A DNA stretch of 63,325 bases, filler included, from Folioceros fuciformis (GCA_049999805.1; 14 parts of 14 records of this genome joined end to end with filler, not necessarily neighbours in it); one strand, 5' to 3'; shown: positions 12,383-24,561, counted from the whole stretch's first letter. Notes: generated by a model from the sequence alone, not told the origin. Numbers and translations: made by a program.

Positions 12383-12619
12383 GGCCAGATCGCCGATCCC
12401 AACCAGTCGCACTCAAGCAGACGCAAAGTACGCCAGTTGCACCACCAGAGGCCCGCGGTAAGCAAATGACTTGACGACGTGATCTGACGCAACCCAATAA
12501 CAATCCTTTTAATCCGTCTCCAACCACTCAACTTACTCCAAATAGGTGGGTGTACAACCAATCCCGCCTCCCGTTCCTGGATATTGAACGAGTATATAAC
12601 CATTCATCTTTATTATTTA

Positions 12620-13168
12620 TCAAGAACGTACATCATAATACCATGGTCTATCATAACTATATCTAATATAACAATCTCTAACCAAAAATTGCGCCACTCG
12701 AGCAGTTGGACAGAGAATAGTCTGAAGTTGTGAAGCTACATGTTCAAGACACATCTTACATTGTGTTGGAGTGGACATTGTTTCTTTATCTTCTTGAGCA
12801 TCTTCATCCCAATTATAACAAGTTGCTACGCTCCAAAAATATTGTTTACCAAAAAGATCAGGAGTGTAATAATACGGAAGTCCCTCCGGAAAATGTAGCT
12901 CTGCTAAACCAATAAGTGAATCAAGATTACCTCGTAAGCTGAATTCAAAAGGATCAGTTAAAGCAAAATTGTTCCCACATTCATGAAACAATGGAGTTGT
13001 ATTAGGGAGAGGATCTGAAGATATTTGACAAGCATTATAACATAATATCAACAATAATAATAAGCATGCACGGTAGTGTGAATACGGTTCTATCAATTCC
13101 CATATATTTCTCCATTTCCTGCATGTAGCCATTCTTTCATATAATTCAATTGAACAAAAAAAACTCAT
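12620..13168 (-). CDS. Gnk2 / DUF26 (Stress-antifung) single-domain cysteine-rich protein, probably secreted
   Basis: Hydrophobic CLLLLLILC stretch, then PNTT..FHECG, VATC-x19-CKMC, CPTARVAQF..DCYIRYS; start is ATG 13168 or 13132. Confidence 0.75.
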   Translation of the reverse strand: MSFFCSIELYERMATCRKWRNIWELIEPYSHYRACLLLLLILCYNACQISSDPLPNTTPLFHECGNNFALTDPFEFSLRGNLDSLIGLAELHFPEGLPYYYTPDLFGKQYFWSVATCYNWDEDAQEDKETMSTPTQCKMCLEHVASQLQTILCPTARVAQFLVRDCYIRYSYDRPWYYDVRS

Positions 13169-13865
13169 GCCCAAAGTCTAACAATGATCATCACACACAA
13201 AAATTTGTAAGCTTAAAACTAGATTTCCTCAAATATTGAATATACCAGAACCTCCTAATATAACAAGGTATTAGATCTTCATACACATCAACATACTGAA
13301 GATGCTCATAGAATCTCCCCCTTTTTAAAAGCTTATGTAAAATATATAATATGTTTCAAAAATTATTTAAATATATATATATACTTATGATTTAAGTTTG
13401 AAATTTTTATATTTTAGAAAATAATATACTGATTTATAAATATGGTATTGATCAAGAACCAATTCTTGTTAAGAATCTCTAAACGAATCAATCCTTAACT
13501 TTGCATACACGGATTGTTTATGGATGGAATTGGTGAACTTTGTTGAACCAATTCAAATATTCCTCTTGTTTCGTTTNNNNNNNNNNNNNNNNNNNNNNNN
13601 NNNNNNNNNNNNNNNNNNNNTTAATTAATTAANNNNNNNNNNNNNNNNNNNNNNNNNNNNNNNNNNNNNNNNNNNNAGTTGGTTGGTTGAGGCAATTCCT
13701 TGTTATGAGGTTTGATGCTTTATGCTAGAATCTAGGTTAGACCATATATTCTATTTAACATAAGTATGTATAACCTAAAGACTTTGTAGAAAAATTAGAT
13801 GGAAGTTCATTTACTCCGTGTCAAGGGGAACAACCCGCAATGGGGAAAAGCCAAGAATGGGGTTC

Positions 13866-14260
13866 TAACCCCCTCGTTTGCCTAGCCTGTAACTCCCTAT
13901 CACCCATAAGATGTCGCATTCAGGTATAAGATATGGCCTACTTACCACCGGGGCCGCTGAAGCCACGTTCGCTCCGCTGGATGTTCTCCAAAAAAATTGC
14001 ATTTGCTAAGGCCTTTTGTAACGCAATCAAAGCCCGTTGCTAGAAAAATGCCCCCAAATCGGATAGGGGAAGCTCTACGCTGCTCCTGCTAACATGATGG
14101 GCCTTTGCACATGTCTTCAAAAACCTAGAAAAATCTTTACCCATGGCCTCATATGTTTCAATAGCAAGGGGATCAACAAAGTGACCTTGTTGCATGGACT
14201 TGTACTTGGAAGTCTTCCTTGTCGTGCTTGGCATCGACTATCACCCCCTACACCAGCACA
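13866..14260 (-). mobile_element. 3' remnant of a non-LTR retrotransposon with restriction-like endonuclease (CRE-like)
   Basis: KTSKY...GHFVDPLAIETYEAMG...FL...FF*QRALIALQKALANAI matches the REL-endonuclease tail pattern. Confidence 0.6.
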
Positions 14261-15468
14261 CCTCAATTGGGACTTTGAATTAAAGTCCATATACTACAGA
14301 TGGTCTCACAAACTAAACATGAACTTGCCTGATTTTACAAAATACTCATAGATAAATAATAAGTAAAACAATTTAAGTAATATTTAAAAAAAAATCTGTA
14401 TACCTATTGCAAGATACAAAATGATCCAAACTTAATCCTACCAAACTATAGGCTTTGTCGTAATTTCAATTCAGCTTAACATTTCATCACAACTATAAAA
14501 TCTAACTAGGAAGGAAACCAAGAAAATGTATTACAACTTATTTCTTATGGATGTATAAATACCAGATTTTTTAGGTTGTATCTCATTGTGGAACGAAATG
14601 AAATGAATCGTCCAGATTATTGACTTGTAGAACTTTTCCTAGGGGGTGGTTGACTAGGGAGAAGGGAAGCAGAAGAGTTGATGAAATATTTTTATTCTGC
14701 TTTTTTTTCTTTAATAAAATTTAAGCGTTATAAAAAAATAATGGTAAAAAGAGGAAAACCGGAGTAGGCACAAAAGCGTGGCGAAGCAGCACAAGCGGGG
14801 AGCAATAAGAGTCTTGGGAAGCAACAACAGGTGCCATGTACATAGAAATGATAATAATAAGAAAAATTATGGAGGCGATATATATAATCCCACAAAAAAG
14901 TAGTGTGCAAGGTGTAGGCCGAATGGTGATGCTGGGTTGGGGAAAAGCACCAAAGAATGACATGGAAGTGAGCTTTGCAGGCTGGTTCCTAGTTTGTGGA
15001 GCTCGTTGGATGTGAGGTAGTGGTAACGGCAATTTTAAGACATCTGAGAGTGAGAGCAAGTAAGTTTGTGGAGGTCGTTGGGTGTGAGGTAGTCGCTAGG
15101 TAATGGCACGTTTGAGACATTCTTGAGAATGAGAGCAAGAGTGCAATTGAATTGATGACAGACAAGTGACCTGACTTAGCGCGTTTTCAAATTGTTGGCT
15201 GTGAAGCCAGTCCCGGTTGGGAGGTATGGTGGAGGTGGAAGGAATGCATTTGAAGAGACTAGGTTGCATGAGAAATATGCATAGGGTGTGGAATGGAGTC
15301 CCAATTGTAGGTGTGCTGTTGTGGGGGGTGATGGTCGATGCCAAGAGACGAGGTAAGGGCAGAGGTGGGAGGAGTTTTGAAGGGCAGCATTGCTGCAGTA
15401 GGGGCCGGGCCACGAGACGAGGGTGACGCTGAATCGGTGTCGTCGGGCAAGTAATGAAGGTGTTGGCA

Positions 15469-15772
15469 GAGGCGAGGCGAGGCGAGGCGAGGCGAGTCGA
15501 GTCGGACGCAGGCAGGTGGCTCACTGTGAGTGGAATGGTGGCAGAGAGGAACAAGGGACAGAGTGGTAGCTGTGAGTGGAACGGTAGCACAGAGGAACAA
15601 GAGAGAGTGGGTCCTGACGGCTATGCAGTCACTAAAACTCAAATTGTGTGCGTTCCGAAGGAGTGGTTTGAGAAACGTGTAGGCGTGGATGTGGCTGCAG
15701 GGTAGGGGTGTGGTGGTGGTTTGTTGACGCGGACAATACATGAGATGAGATGAGATGAGATTAGATTAGACT
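15469..15772. repeat. Microsatellites (GAGGC)n at about 15469-15500 and (ATGAG)n at about 15740-15760
   Basis: Direct reading. Confidence 0.8.
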
Positions 15773-16529
15773 GCATGGATGAGGAGGAGGCGGCAGGCAT
15801 ATCCACTTGGAATTGAGAGCCGGGAGTGTGGCGGTGGACTGTGTGGACATGTGATGCGGAAATGGAGCGCATGTGAACGTGTGAAACGGCAGTTTGAGTT
15901 TGAGGTTGGCACACGGTGCGGCGCACATGCAATGCGGATTGTGGTTGGAGAGGCGAAGTGGGAACTTGAAGGCATGTGTAGCATAAATGTTGGAAAGTCG
16001 CGTGGGTGGTATGGCAAGATTTCGGCAGGTGGTGGGTGCAGAGTCCAGTTGCACTTTTGGTGCAGCTGTTGGGTCGTAACGTAACGTTGTGCTCCACAGT
16101 GAGTGAGTCCAGTTGGTAAGAGGAGACGACGAGATGAGACGGAATAAAGAAATGGGGATGAGGCCATTCCATGCTCATATAAGTTGAGCTGGAGGAAGGA
16201 GATGAGCGATGCAGCGAGCGAAGGGATCCTGAATCTGGNNNNNNNNNNNNNNNNNNNNNNNNNNNNNNNNNNNNNNNNNNNNTTAATTAATTAANNNNNN
16301 NNNNNNNNNNNNNNNNNNNNNNNNNNNNNNNNNNNNNNTTCCTATCGCTGACACTAAGGGCACTGCCCATTAGCTAGATTTGTGTGGCTAATCATCCAGT
16401 GGGAGCTTGTTGTGTTTCTTGAGTGTCTTCATCAGACCTTTCTAGCATCACCCATTTTTGGCAAACTCTTCTATCAAAGCTCGAAACCCATAGTGATGAT
16501 AAGTTTTTGGCACCACAAATCATCAGCTG

Positions 16530-17012
16530 CTAGCACTTGAACACATGTCGGTAGGTTTCCTTGTTACCTTTCTTCTTTATGTTATTGACAGTCCTGGCAG
16601 GCTTGTATCCCCACTCCTTCTCCATGTAGGCCTCATCGTCAGAATCCACAGGAAGGGGGACCTTCAAGTAGGCCTTCACCTCTTCAGGGTTGGGCATGAG
16701 AGCTACCCATGCTATGCCCGCCTTCTTCTTCTCTTTAGTTTTCTTGCAGGTCATCTTGTGAAAGTCGGCTGCTGGAGCTGCGAACACCTTTCGAGGAACG
16801 CCCTTATCATCGAAGTTTTGTACCCTTCTCGCCATTTTTCCTTTTGAGCTATCCGAAGGAAGTGGCACACCAGCTAGAGACTCGAAACAGATTATGTTAG
16901 AATGAAGGCAGTTCATTGCATGCAGACATGACTGTCTCTCAGAGAACTTTTTGACAGGAATCCAGATCCTGTCACATCCTAAGCACTTCACGCCTTGTGT
17001 GACATCACCCAT
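16530..17012 (-). CDS. Unknown ORF antisense to an LTR-element 3' end (160 aa, may continue past a frameshift to about 16390)
   Basis: ATG 17012, N-terminal CLGC, basic KKTKEKKK stretch; TATAAAA on the minus strand at about 17237-17243. Confidence 0.4.
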   Translation of the reverse strand: MGDVTQGVKCLGCDRIWIPVKKFSERQSCLHAMNCLHSNIICFESLAGVPLPSDSSKGKMARRVQNFDDKGVPRKVFAAPAADFHKMTCKKTKEKKKAGIAWVALMPNPEEVKAYLKVPLPVDSDDEAYMEKEWGYKPARTVNNIKKKGNKETYRHVFKC

Positions 17013-17282
17013 GGCTGATCACACAAATCAACGCTAGCAACAACTGCTAGAAGAAGATAGAGCTCTGCAGAAGGAAGCAAGACACAAGACTAAGAGCACC
17101 AAGACGCCAGCTTTAGAGGATTCAAGACTACCATAGCTCTAGTTATAGGAAGCGTTGGAGAGTAATCATGGAGAGTAACTCAGACATGTGTAGGAGTGTC
17201 ACGATATGCATGCAATCGTGCATTCATCATCAGTACTTTTATAGGCCTTAATTTCCCCTTAAAAGTGAAACATGCTTCAACT

Positions 17283-17463
17283 AAGTGGGAGTATTAGAAA
17301 AGTAGGAGGCCGTTATGTTAAGAACAGTAACAAACGGTTCAGGTAGTTTCGCATTTACAGTTTAGACGGTTTAATAACCGCTTAATATTTTGTATAAGAC
17401 AATTTGTTTTAGCAATAAACAATATCCTTTTTGCTTCACACTCGAGAGGACGCTTTCCTTCCA
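17283..17463 (+). mobile_element. PPT plus short (about 172 bp) Copia-type 3' LTR
   Basis: AAGTGGGAG (17283-17291) followed by TATTAG...AATAAA...TTCCA (17292-17463). Confidence 0.55.
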
Positions 17464-18087
17464 TGGCTCCCAAGAACATCCGTCACCTAGCCTCCTCACC
17501 TCGATCCTGCCATAGCTAGCTTCATAGCTTTTACCCTTGAGGTACCTCTTGATACGCTTGAGAGCTACCCATTGATCTCTTCCTGGGTTTTCAGAGAACT
17601 AAGCAACTGCATTTACAGTGTTGGAGATCTTAGGCCTTGTCTGATTACTCTAAAACATAAGACTACCAACAGCCATATGGTAAGGAATATTCTCCATCTC
17701 TTTCTTGTCCTCTTTAGATTGTGGACATGAGGCAGATGAGAGCTTGATGCCAAAGGCACCTGGAGTAGTTAACGCCCTTGCACTCTCCATGTTGAAGCAT
17801 TTGAGCATACCAGCTATGTATCTACCCTAATGAAGGTAAATAGCACCTGTACTATCTCTATGTACATGCATGCCCAGGATATACTTAACCTTTCCCAAGT
17901 CCTCCATCTCGAATTCCCTACTGAGGTCTGCCTTGATCTTGTTGACTAGTTCTACATTATTTCCTAGAATGACCAAGTCATCCATATAGAGAGCGACTAG
18001 CACAAGAGAACTATCCTTGTGTAGAACATAGATGTTAGTATCAGCTTCACTTTGGATAAAACCTATTTTCTTAAGATAAGTGTCTAT
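17464..18087 (-). mobile_element. Ty1/Copia reverse transcriptase fragment (pseudogene)
   Basis: GFIQSEADTNIY...LVALYMDDLVI...FEMEDLG, later WVALKRIKRYLKG. Confidence 0.85.
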
Positions 18088-19132
18088 TGTCTTGTGGAGC
18101 GGAACTTGCACCCAAGAACCATCAAGGGCCACACTTCCCCCTTATTATCATCGTAGTACTAGGATTCGCTCCCAAGGGAGTGAACCAGCGTCAAGGTTTC
18201 CTACAACTTCCCCCACTGATGGCCCTCATCTAATCCTATCTATCAGCCGGCTCCTAGACCTAACCACACTACAACAAAAAGATCAGAATCATGTCTTCAA
18301 CACCACTACAACCCCAGTTGAATGAGGACTCAGCATCATCTTCAGCTCCCACTCCTAGCTCCGAGTATTAGCCGCCTTAGCAGCTGAGAGGAGGTTCCAG
18401 CCCTGGCCTCAACCTCCACTCTCAGCCCTAAATGCCAGCGACCTCAGTAGCTGATTGAGAACTTCAACACCCAACCCTTCTCCAACACTCCAACTCTTCA
18501 ATCCTTCATCGTCACGTCTCACTCCTAGATTTTGAAACACAACAGCCCCTCACTTGCAGTCCTTGAGGCAGGGATGTGCAGACCTAGCCTAGATGGCCCC
18601 CTCGGCTCATAGCCCTGCAATCCGTCGCCTTGGAAACCCCCTAGGCACATCAAGGTACCCCAACCACCCAACCAGCATGCAAGAAAGGTCAGCCCCTGTG
18701 GATCTGGCCACCCAGATCTCGGCAATTTTGGGAGCCGCCACGTTCCCCTAGTGGCATGGGGAATCAAGGCCGAGGCACATCTGCACACTGGGTTAAACCT
18801 CTAACCCAGTAGCCTGCACACAAGGTTAAGGGAGCTCTCACCAAAAAAACCTTCCCCCCTCAATGAGTGGCTTGGCCTCTTATATTGCCTTCATCCAACC
18901 CTCCATCTCTCCCTACTAGGGTTAACCTCAATCAACCACCTAACAGTCTCTCTCTGACCTAAGCCGCACCTAACTCTGACCTACACCCAGTTCTGACCTA
19001 AACCTAAACCAAGTCTGACCTAACCCTAATAAGGTCTAAACCTAGTCCTAAGTCTGATCTAACCTAATCAGACCTAAACATAGTCAGACCTAGTTTTGAC
19101 CCCAACCTAAACCAAGCCTAACTCTAACCTAC
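18088..19132. mobile_element. LTR-like insertion truncating the Copia RT, with subterminal (CTGACCTAAACC)-like repeats
   Basis: Begins with TG exactly where RT similarity ends; tandem acctaa/ctgacc units at 18950-19132; runs into a gap. Confidence 0.45.
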
Positions 19133-19232
19133 NNNNNNNNNNNNNNNNNNNNNNNNNNNNNNNNNNNNNNNNNNNNTTAATTAATTAANNNNNNNNNNNN
19201 NNNNNNNNNNNNNNNNNNNNNNNNNNNNNNNN

Positions 19233-20984
19233 GTCCGGTAGCACTCCCTTGAAGAGCGGCCCGAACCTGCCGTCCCCAAGCGGCTGGTCGAAGCTCTTGG
19301 TGGCCCGCCGTAGTTCCTTGTACGTCCAGGCCCTTGCGTTCACGTGCTCCCCGGCTCCCTGCCTGGCCACGAGCCTGACCGGGGTGCCTGACTTGGACTC
19401 GGAGCTTACCACCTTCACCTTCCTCTTCTTGACGCAGCAGCAGTAGCACGTGAGCACCAAGATCAGCAGCGCCAGCACCGCGGCGCTGCACCCGATCGCG
19501 ATCGCTGCCACCTTCCACGTCTCCAAGTGACGCCTCCCCCCTACCTTATGGATCGGATAACGGGGCGGGATCGGGTCATCGAGCTGCCCTACCTTGAAGA
19601 AGACGGTTGACGCAGAACTGGCCACAGTCCCCAGAAGTGCGGAAGAGTAGAGCTCGCATGTAGCAACCGAGGAGGTATTGGAGAACAAGAGTGCCGCACA
19701 GGAGCAGTTCCGCAAGCACACATCCTTGCACGCATCGGCGGAGGTAGCGTTGAAAGTGGTGAAGCTGCTACCACCCAGGAACTCTGCCTCCACTCCCTCG
19801 CTGAAGTTACTGCCACTGCTGCCACTCTGGCATGGCGAAAAGGGCACCGGAGGCCTGCAGGGCGCATCGGCAGAGAAGGCGTCGGCCTGCAGACCCGGTG
19901 GGCAGGAGCAGACGGGTTCCCCGGCCGTCCCCGTACTGCAAAGCCCGTTCGTCCCGCACACTCCATAAACCCGGCAAGGATCCCCGACCGCCTCCCACAC
20001 CGACCTCCAAGCTCGAGTCTGTGAGGACCAGCTCCACATCCTGAAGTTGCCGTCCGCGTCCAGCGTCATCCTACGCAACACCGAGCCCCCGGTCCCGGAA
20101 TCGTTGGCCTGCCAGGAGAAGACGTCCCTGGCGTTCTTGTCCACCAGCGCGAACTTGCCCCCCGCGTCCAGGACGGCGTAGAGCGCGGTAAGCTTGGAGA
20201 CGCGGGAGGCGTTCCGGAACAGGCTCACATTGGCCTGATCCGCGCCAGGGGAGAGGAAGAAGGGGGTGGAGGAGTTCCAGGAGACAGCGAACCCGCCGTC
20301 GGATCGCAGCACGGCGGAATAGAGCCCCGGGGCGGGGTCCCCGTACCCGGCCGAGACGTTGGAGGCAGCGAAGGAGACGTCGGGGACGGAGAAGGTGGAA
20401 TTGGGAAGGAGCAGGATATCCTGCGCGGCCCGCCATGCCCGCAGCGTGTTCCGCCTGGCCAGCGACTGGCCCGGGAGCAGAGTATCCGTAGGGGAATCGA
20501 AGGTTTCCCACACCACCCCCGAGCTGGCGTTGAGCAGCTGCAGGTTCCCGGACGGGAGAAAAGTGGCCTCTACCACGCCGTCCCCTGCGGTGTTGCTCTC
20601 CCACACCACCATCCCTGCTCCTGCTCCTGCCCCTGCTCCTGCACTACTAAATAACATCAGATTCCCCTGCTGGAAGCGCAAGAGCGCACCCTCCCCGACC
20701 GAGCTGTTCCGATTGGCCGCCCACACCACGGTGAGCGGCACTGCCCCTCGGCCTCCGCCGCCCAGGCCCGCGTACGCGTACCATATCCCCAGCACGTACG
20801 ACGACGGGGACACCGGGAAGAAGCCCAGCTCGAAGGTCCCGTTCCCGGACAGCCATCCCGGCTGGCCCGGCGAGAGGGTAGCGTTGAGCGAGATGCGGAA
20901 CCTCTGCCGAGGCGACGGCTCTTGCTGCTGTGCACTGCACAACGCCAGCCACAGCAGGACGATCCCCAGCGCCGCGGCCCTCAT
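19233..20984 (-). CDS. G-type lectin S-domain receptor-like kinase, 5' part (truncated by gap in kinase subdomain I)
   Basis: Signal peptide MRAAALGIVLLWLALCSA; B-lectin (SGNGTFELGFF, VVWAANRN, WETFDSPTDTLLPGQ); RRMTLDADGNFR; EGF-like CRVYGVCG..GLC; PAN CKDVCLRNCSC; transmembrane helix; TYKELRRATKSF..LGDGRFG. Confidence 0.92.
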
Positions 20985-21932
20985 CTCATAGTCAGCAACA
21001 GAGTAGAGCAGAGCAGAGCAAAGCCGAGCAAAGAAAGGGATGCAATCCTCCCAAGTGCGTAGAGTCACGGAGGACTGGCGGAAACGGCGACGAATCGAAA
21101 AAGCCTCGTGTCTCCCTGTGGAACGATGATGCTTCAATCCAGCGTCATGTGGTCCCCCCGCTTCTCCATCTCCATCTCCATCTCCAGCTACAGCAGCTCC
21201 AGGTATGTGTGGGAGGAGGAGGAAGGCAGGGTGTGCATTAATTGCACCTCCTGAGGCGTGCGGAATTGCGCATCCCAGTCACGCTGTCGGCGCGTAGAGC
21301 ACCAGAGTGGGTCGGTCAGGTCGGTCGGTCGAGCGGGAAGTCTGGACGGGTCCAGGTCAAGAAGATCTCGGAAAGCACGTCAATACAAGAGCAGGCGGGA
21401 AGGGAATAAGAATGGGAATGGTGATGGGAATGGGCGAGGAGGGAGTAGGAGTGGGATGGGATCGGGAACGGCAAAGCAAGTGGAAGAAATGGGAGTGGGA
21501 GGGACTGGCAGGTGGCGGCAGCGAGGCCATGGATCTATGTCATTCTTTCCTTCCTTGCTTCCTCGCTTTAGGTCCCGGGGATGGGCAGCCCCGCGCACCA
21601 CCCCCTCCTCCTTGGGACCCCCACCCACCCTTGGCCACCAGAGAGGGCAAGGGGAGATTTCGTCAACCTCGGACCGGCAGGGAAGGAACGTGGAAGGCGC
21701 CCGCCCCTGGCGAGCCGGCGGCAGGCAGCCGAGATGAACGACAGAGAGACAGAAAGGAGGTGACTGAACCCTCTGGAGGCTCTGGATGCGGCGGTCTCTG
21801 CCTTGTCAACTCAACCCTAGCGGAAGACGCGAGACGCGGTTCGCGCTCTCTATGCAACGCGGCTTTCACAAACCTCTTGTCTCTTCTCCTCTCCTCTCTT
21901 TCCCTTCTCTCCTCTCCTCTCCTCACTTGGCC

Positions 21933-22002
21933 TGCTGCTGCCCGCTAACGACTGCCCGCCACCTGCTGCCCGCTTACGACTGCCCGCCACCTGCTGCCCG
22001 CT
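21933..22002. repeat. 28-bp tandem repeat x about 2.4
   Basis: ctgctgcccgctWacgactgcccgccac units. Confidence 0.7.
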
Positions 22003-23941
22003 TTTAAAACAAAAGCTACCGCGCACCCTCAAGTTAGGTAGCTGCGTAAAGGCGACAGCCTGGTGCAGTCCTTGGAGAGTTCCCCCCCTCTTTCCTTCTT
22101 TCTTTTCCCTGCTTCCAAGTCCCGTGAATATGGCATCGATGTCCTTGACTCCGTCCCACGGACGACAATAAAAACAGACTACCTACGACCACGACACACA
22201 TCGCAAACCCTAGACCACATATTGGCTAATGTGTGTTGCCTAAGCAATCCCGTTTGCTTTGCACCAAGCATTGCCACAACCAAAACCATCTACACACTCT
22301 GATAAACACACCTAGTAAAGGCCAGGCGCAGGCGCAGGAGCAGGCCCAGGCCCTGGCCCTGGCCCCGGCGTGGGACCGCCCACGAATCCAGCTCACTTCC
22401 TCTGCCCATGGCCACCCAGCTGCCAACACCAAGAACTATGCCCAACTTTGTCGTCTCTCGAACGACCCGATGCTCTTGACGCATCGTGCGCGCGGCAGGA
22501 AGGGCTCTCTCAGCCATAGATAGCAGCATCCCATAGCATGGCAATTGGCTTCACCCGTAACCCAGTTTCCCAAACACGAAAAGCTACAACAGTGGACCGG
22601 ACCGGCTTGACTTCTAGTGTAACTGGTTGAGTCTTTCCGGGTCTCATTGGGCGGCAGCTAACAATGGAATCCTTGACAAGGGGTCTAGGATGGGATCAGG
22701 GCATGGGCGTGGGCGTCATGACTTAGCAGCCCTTATTCCTGGGTCAACTCATCCATGCCGGATTCACAAGCAAGTGGACGATCCATAATTGACAGCTACT
22801 GTATGTATGGAACTCTACAATAGGTGCCAGCCGAGCAGAGCGGACCGCGGACTTCGGCGCTGCCTCTTCCACAGAGGGGAAGGGATAGACAGGATATGGC
22901 TGGGCTGGTGCAGACGGTAGGCTACCTGGAAACGATATGACCGTCGCCGGACACGCAGGTCGGTCGAAGCAGGTGTAGCCATGGCGCTGCAGATTCCCGG
23001 CTCCTGCTCCTGCTCCTGCTCCTGCTTGCACCCCTTGCGCTTGCGTCACTGCATGTGCCCAGTTTATCTCGAGCTCTCCAGCACCGCCACATGGTGCCGC
23101 AAGGCAGCACCACACACTTTTGTGCCTCTTGCCAGTCTCATACGCCATGGCATGGCCTGCCCTGGCCTGCCCTACTTCATGGGAATTCGCCTAGCGCCCA
23201 TCACTGCTTTCGACCGTACACCACCACTGCAGATGTCCGTGTGCCGCGGGAGACATCCACCCAAATCTCTTCCCGTGTTTTCATGCGTGCTCCACTCCTC
23301 GGTCCTTGTTCTAATCTTTGTGCCCGCTGTCCTGTACGGCCTACATTCGCATCCCTAGGCGTAAAGAGAGCTCCTATCCGCCTGCATACTACCTTCCCTT
23401 CCACTTGCTACATATCTGTAGACAGTATGGACTATGTTATGCATACACCCGGCGGGCTGCACATATGTGCATATGTACGTATGGAAAACTGCACTGTGCA
23501 TCCTGTGTGCCATCACTGCTCGCATCACCTCACGCCTGCTGCAAAGTGTCAGAAGTTGAACGCTACGCTCCAACCGGAACACACCCAACAATGCCGTCCT
23601 CACCGCACCACTCGCCCCCACTTGCAGCGAGCCACCAGGAGAAAAAAACAGCAACTGCAGGCCGGAGATACGACATCCAGTGCCAGCGAGACACTCACCA
23701 GTTAACTGCGCCAACAACAGCCTCTACCCCCCCCCCTGCAGCACCAACACCAGCACCAGCACCAGCACGCGACACGGGCTCATCACCCTTCTTCAACCAC
23801 CACCAACAAACCTACCTCGCAACCAACGCTACAACACAACGATGTATGGATGTTAACCCATATCCCATCTACGTACAGTACATACATTGTACCTAGCAAA
23901 AACACAGTGAATCAGATTACATCAATAAATACAACACTAGT

Positions 23942-23999
23942 CTGTCAAGAGCTTATGTGACTTCAGCGTCCAGCTTCGTGCCACATAAGCTCTTGACAG
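23942..23999. repeat. Perfect 18-bp inverted repeat with 22-nt loop
   Basis: ctgtcaagagcttatgtg ... cacataagctcttgacag. Confidence 0.9.
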
Positions 24000-24171
24000 C
24001 TGGCCTCCAGTGAAACCATTTTCTTCAACATGCGTCCAGGCATTTCACACCTTCGCCTCACTCTCAACAGCTTGCAAGCTGCAACAGCCAAGATAGGTAC
24101 ACAGTTCGCACCATACTGGAGGGAAGGACTAGAACAGAGAGGTGGAAAAAGAAAAAGAATAAATCAAAAAA

Positions 24172-24561
24172 CTACACCAGACTTCTGAGCTCTTTGCTGG
24201 TGGAAATCAGTGGCATGATTTCCCTGATAGGAGTAGGTTGATTTGATGCGGTCAATTCGGGATCATACTCCTTCACTGTTTTGGGAATGGGAGGTGCCAA
24301 CACTTCAACCACTCCCTCTAGCATCCTAACAACCTTCCCCATGGCAGGACGCAGATCAGGGTCGTCCTGGATGCACCAGAATCCAACACGCGTTGCTCTC
24401 TCCGCCTGCTCTACGTCAAAATCACCCTGGAGCCGGTCATCCATCACATTCACATACCAACTTCCAGCAATTTGAAGCCATACCAGACCCGAGCAATTTT
24501 GCTTGTCCGTCGTTACAAATATTTCACAATTCCTGCGTCCAGCTATAATTTCTAGCAGCAC
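24172..24561 (-). CDS. Last exon of an SD2-type receptor-like kinase (subdomains IX-XI)
   Basis: LLEIIAGRRN...DDRLQGDFDVEQAER..VGFWCIQDDPDLRPAMGKVVRMLEG; AG acceptor just upstream; the rest lies in a gap. Confidence 0.88.
   Translation of the reverse strand: MLLEIIAGRRNCEIFVTTDKQNCSGLVWLQIAGSWYVNVMDDRLQGDFDVEQAERATRVGFWCIQDDPDLRPAMGKVVRMLEGVVEVLAPPIPKTVKEYDPELTASNQPTPIREIMPLISTSKELRSLV

Noticed and set aside
7419-12603. Many overlapping ORFs around the DUF4228 genes, including MGNSKTAPSC at 7893
   Set aside because: Shadow frames of GC-rich coding sequence; the apparent MGN start is antisense and begins at a TTG
20985-21137. N-terminal extension of the receptor kinase in the ORF track
   Set aside because: Non-ATG start; the signal peptide begins at ATG 20984
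21258-23896. Long ORFs in the intergenic region between the kinase halves
   Set aside because: Low-complexity GA/CT-rich and (GCAGGA)n-rich sequence with no domain motifs
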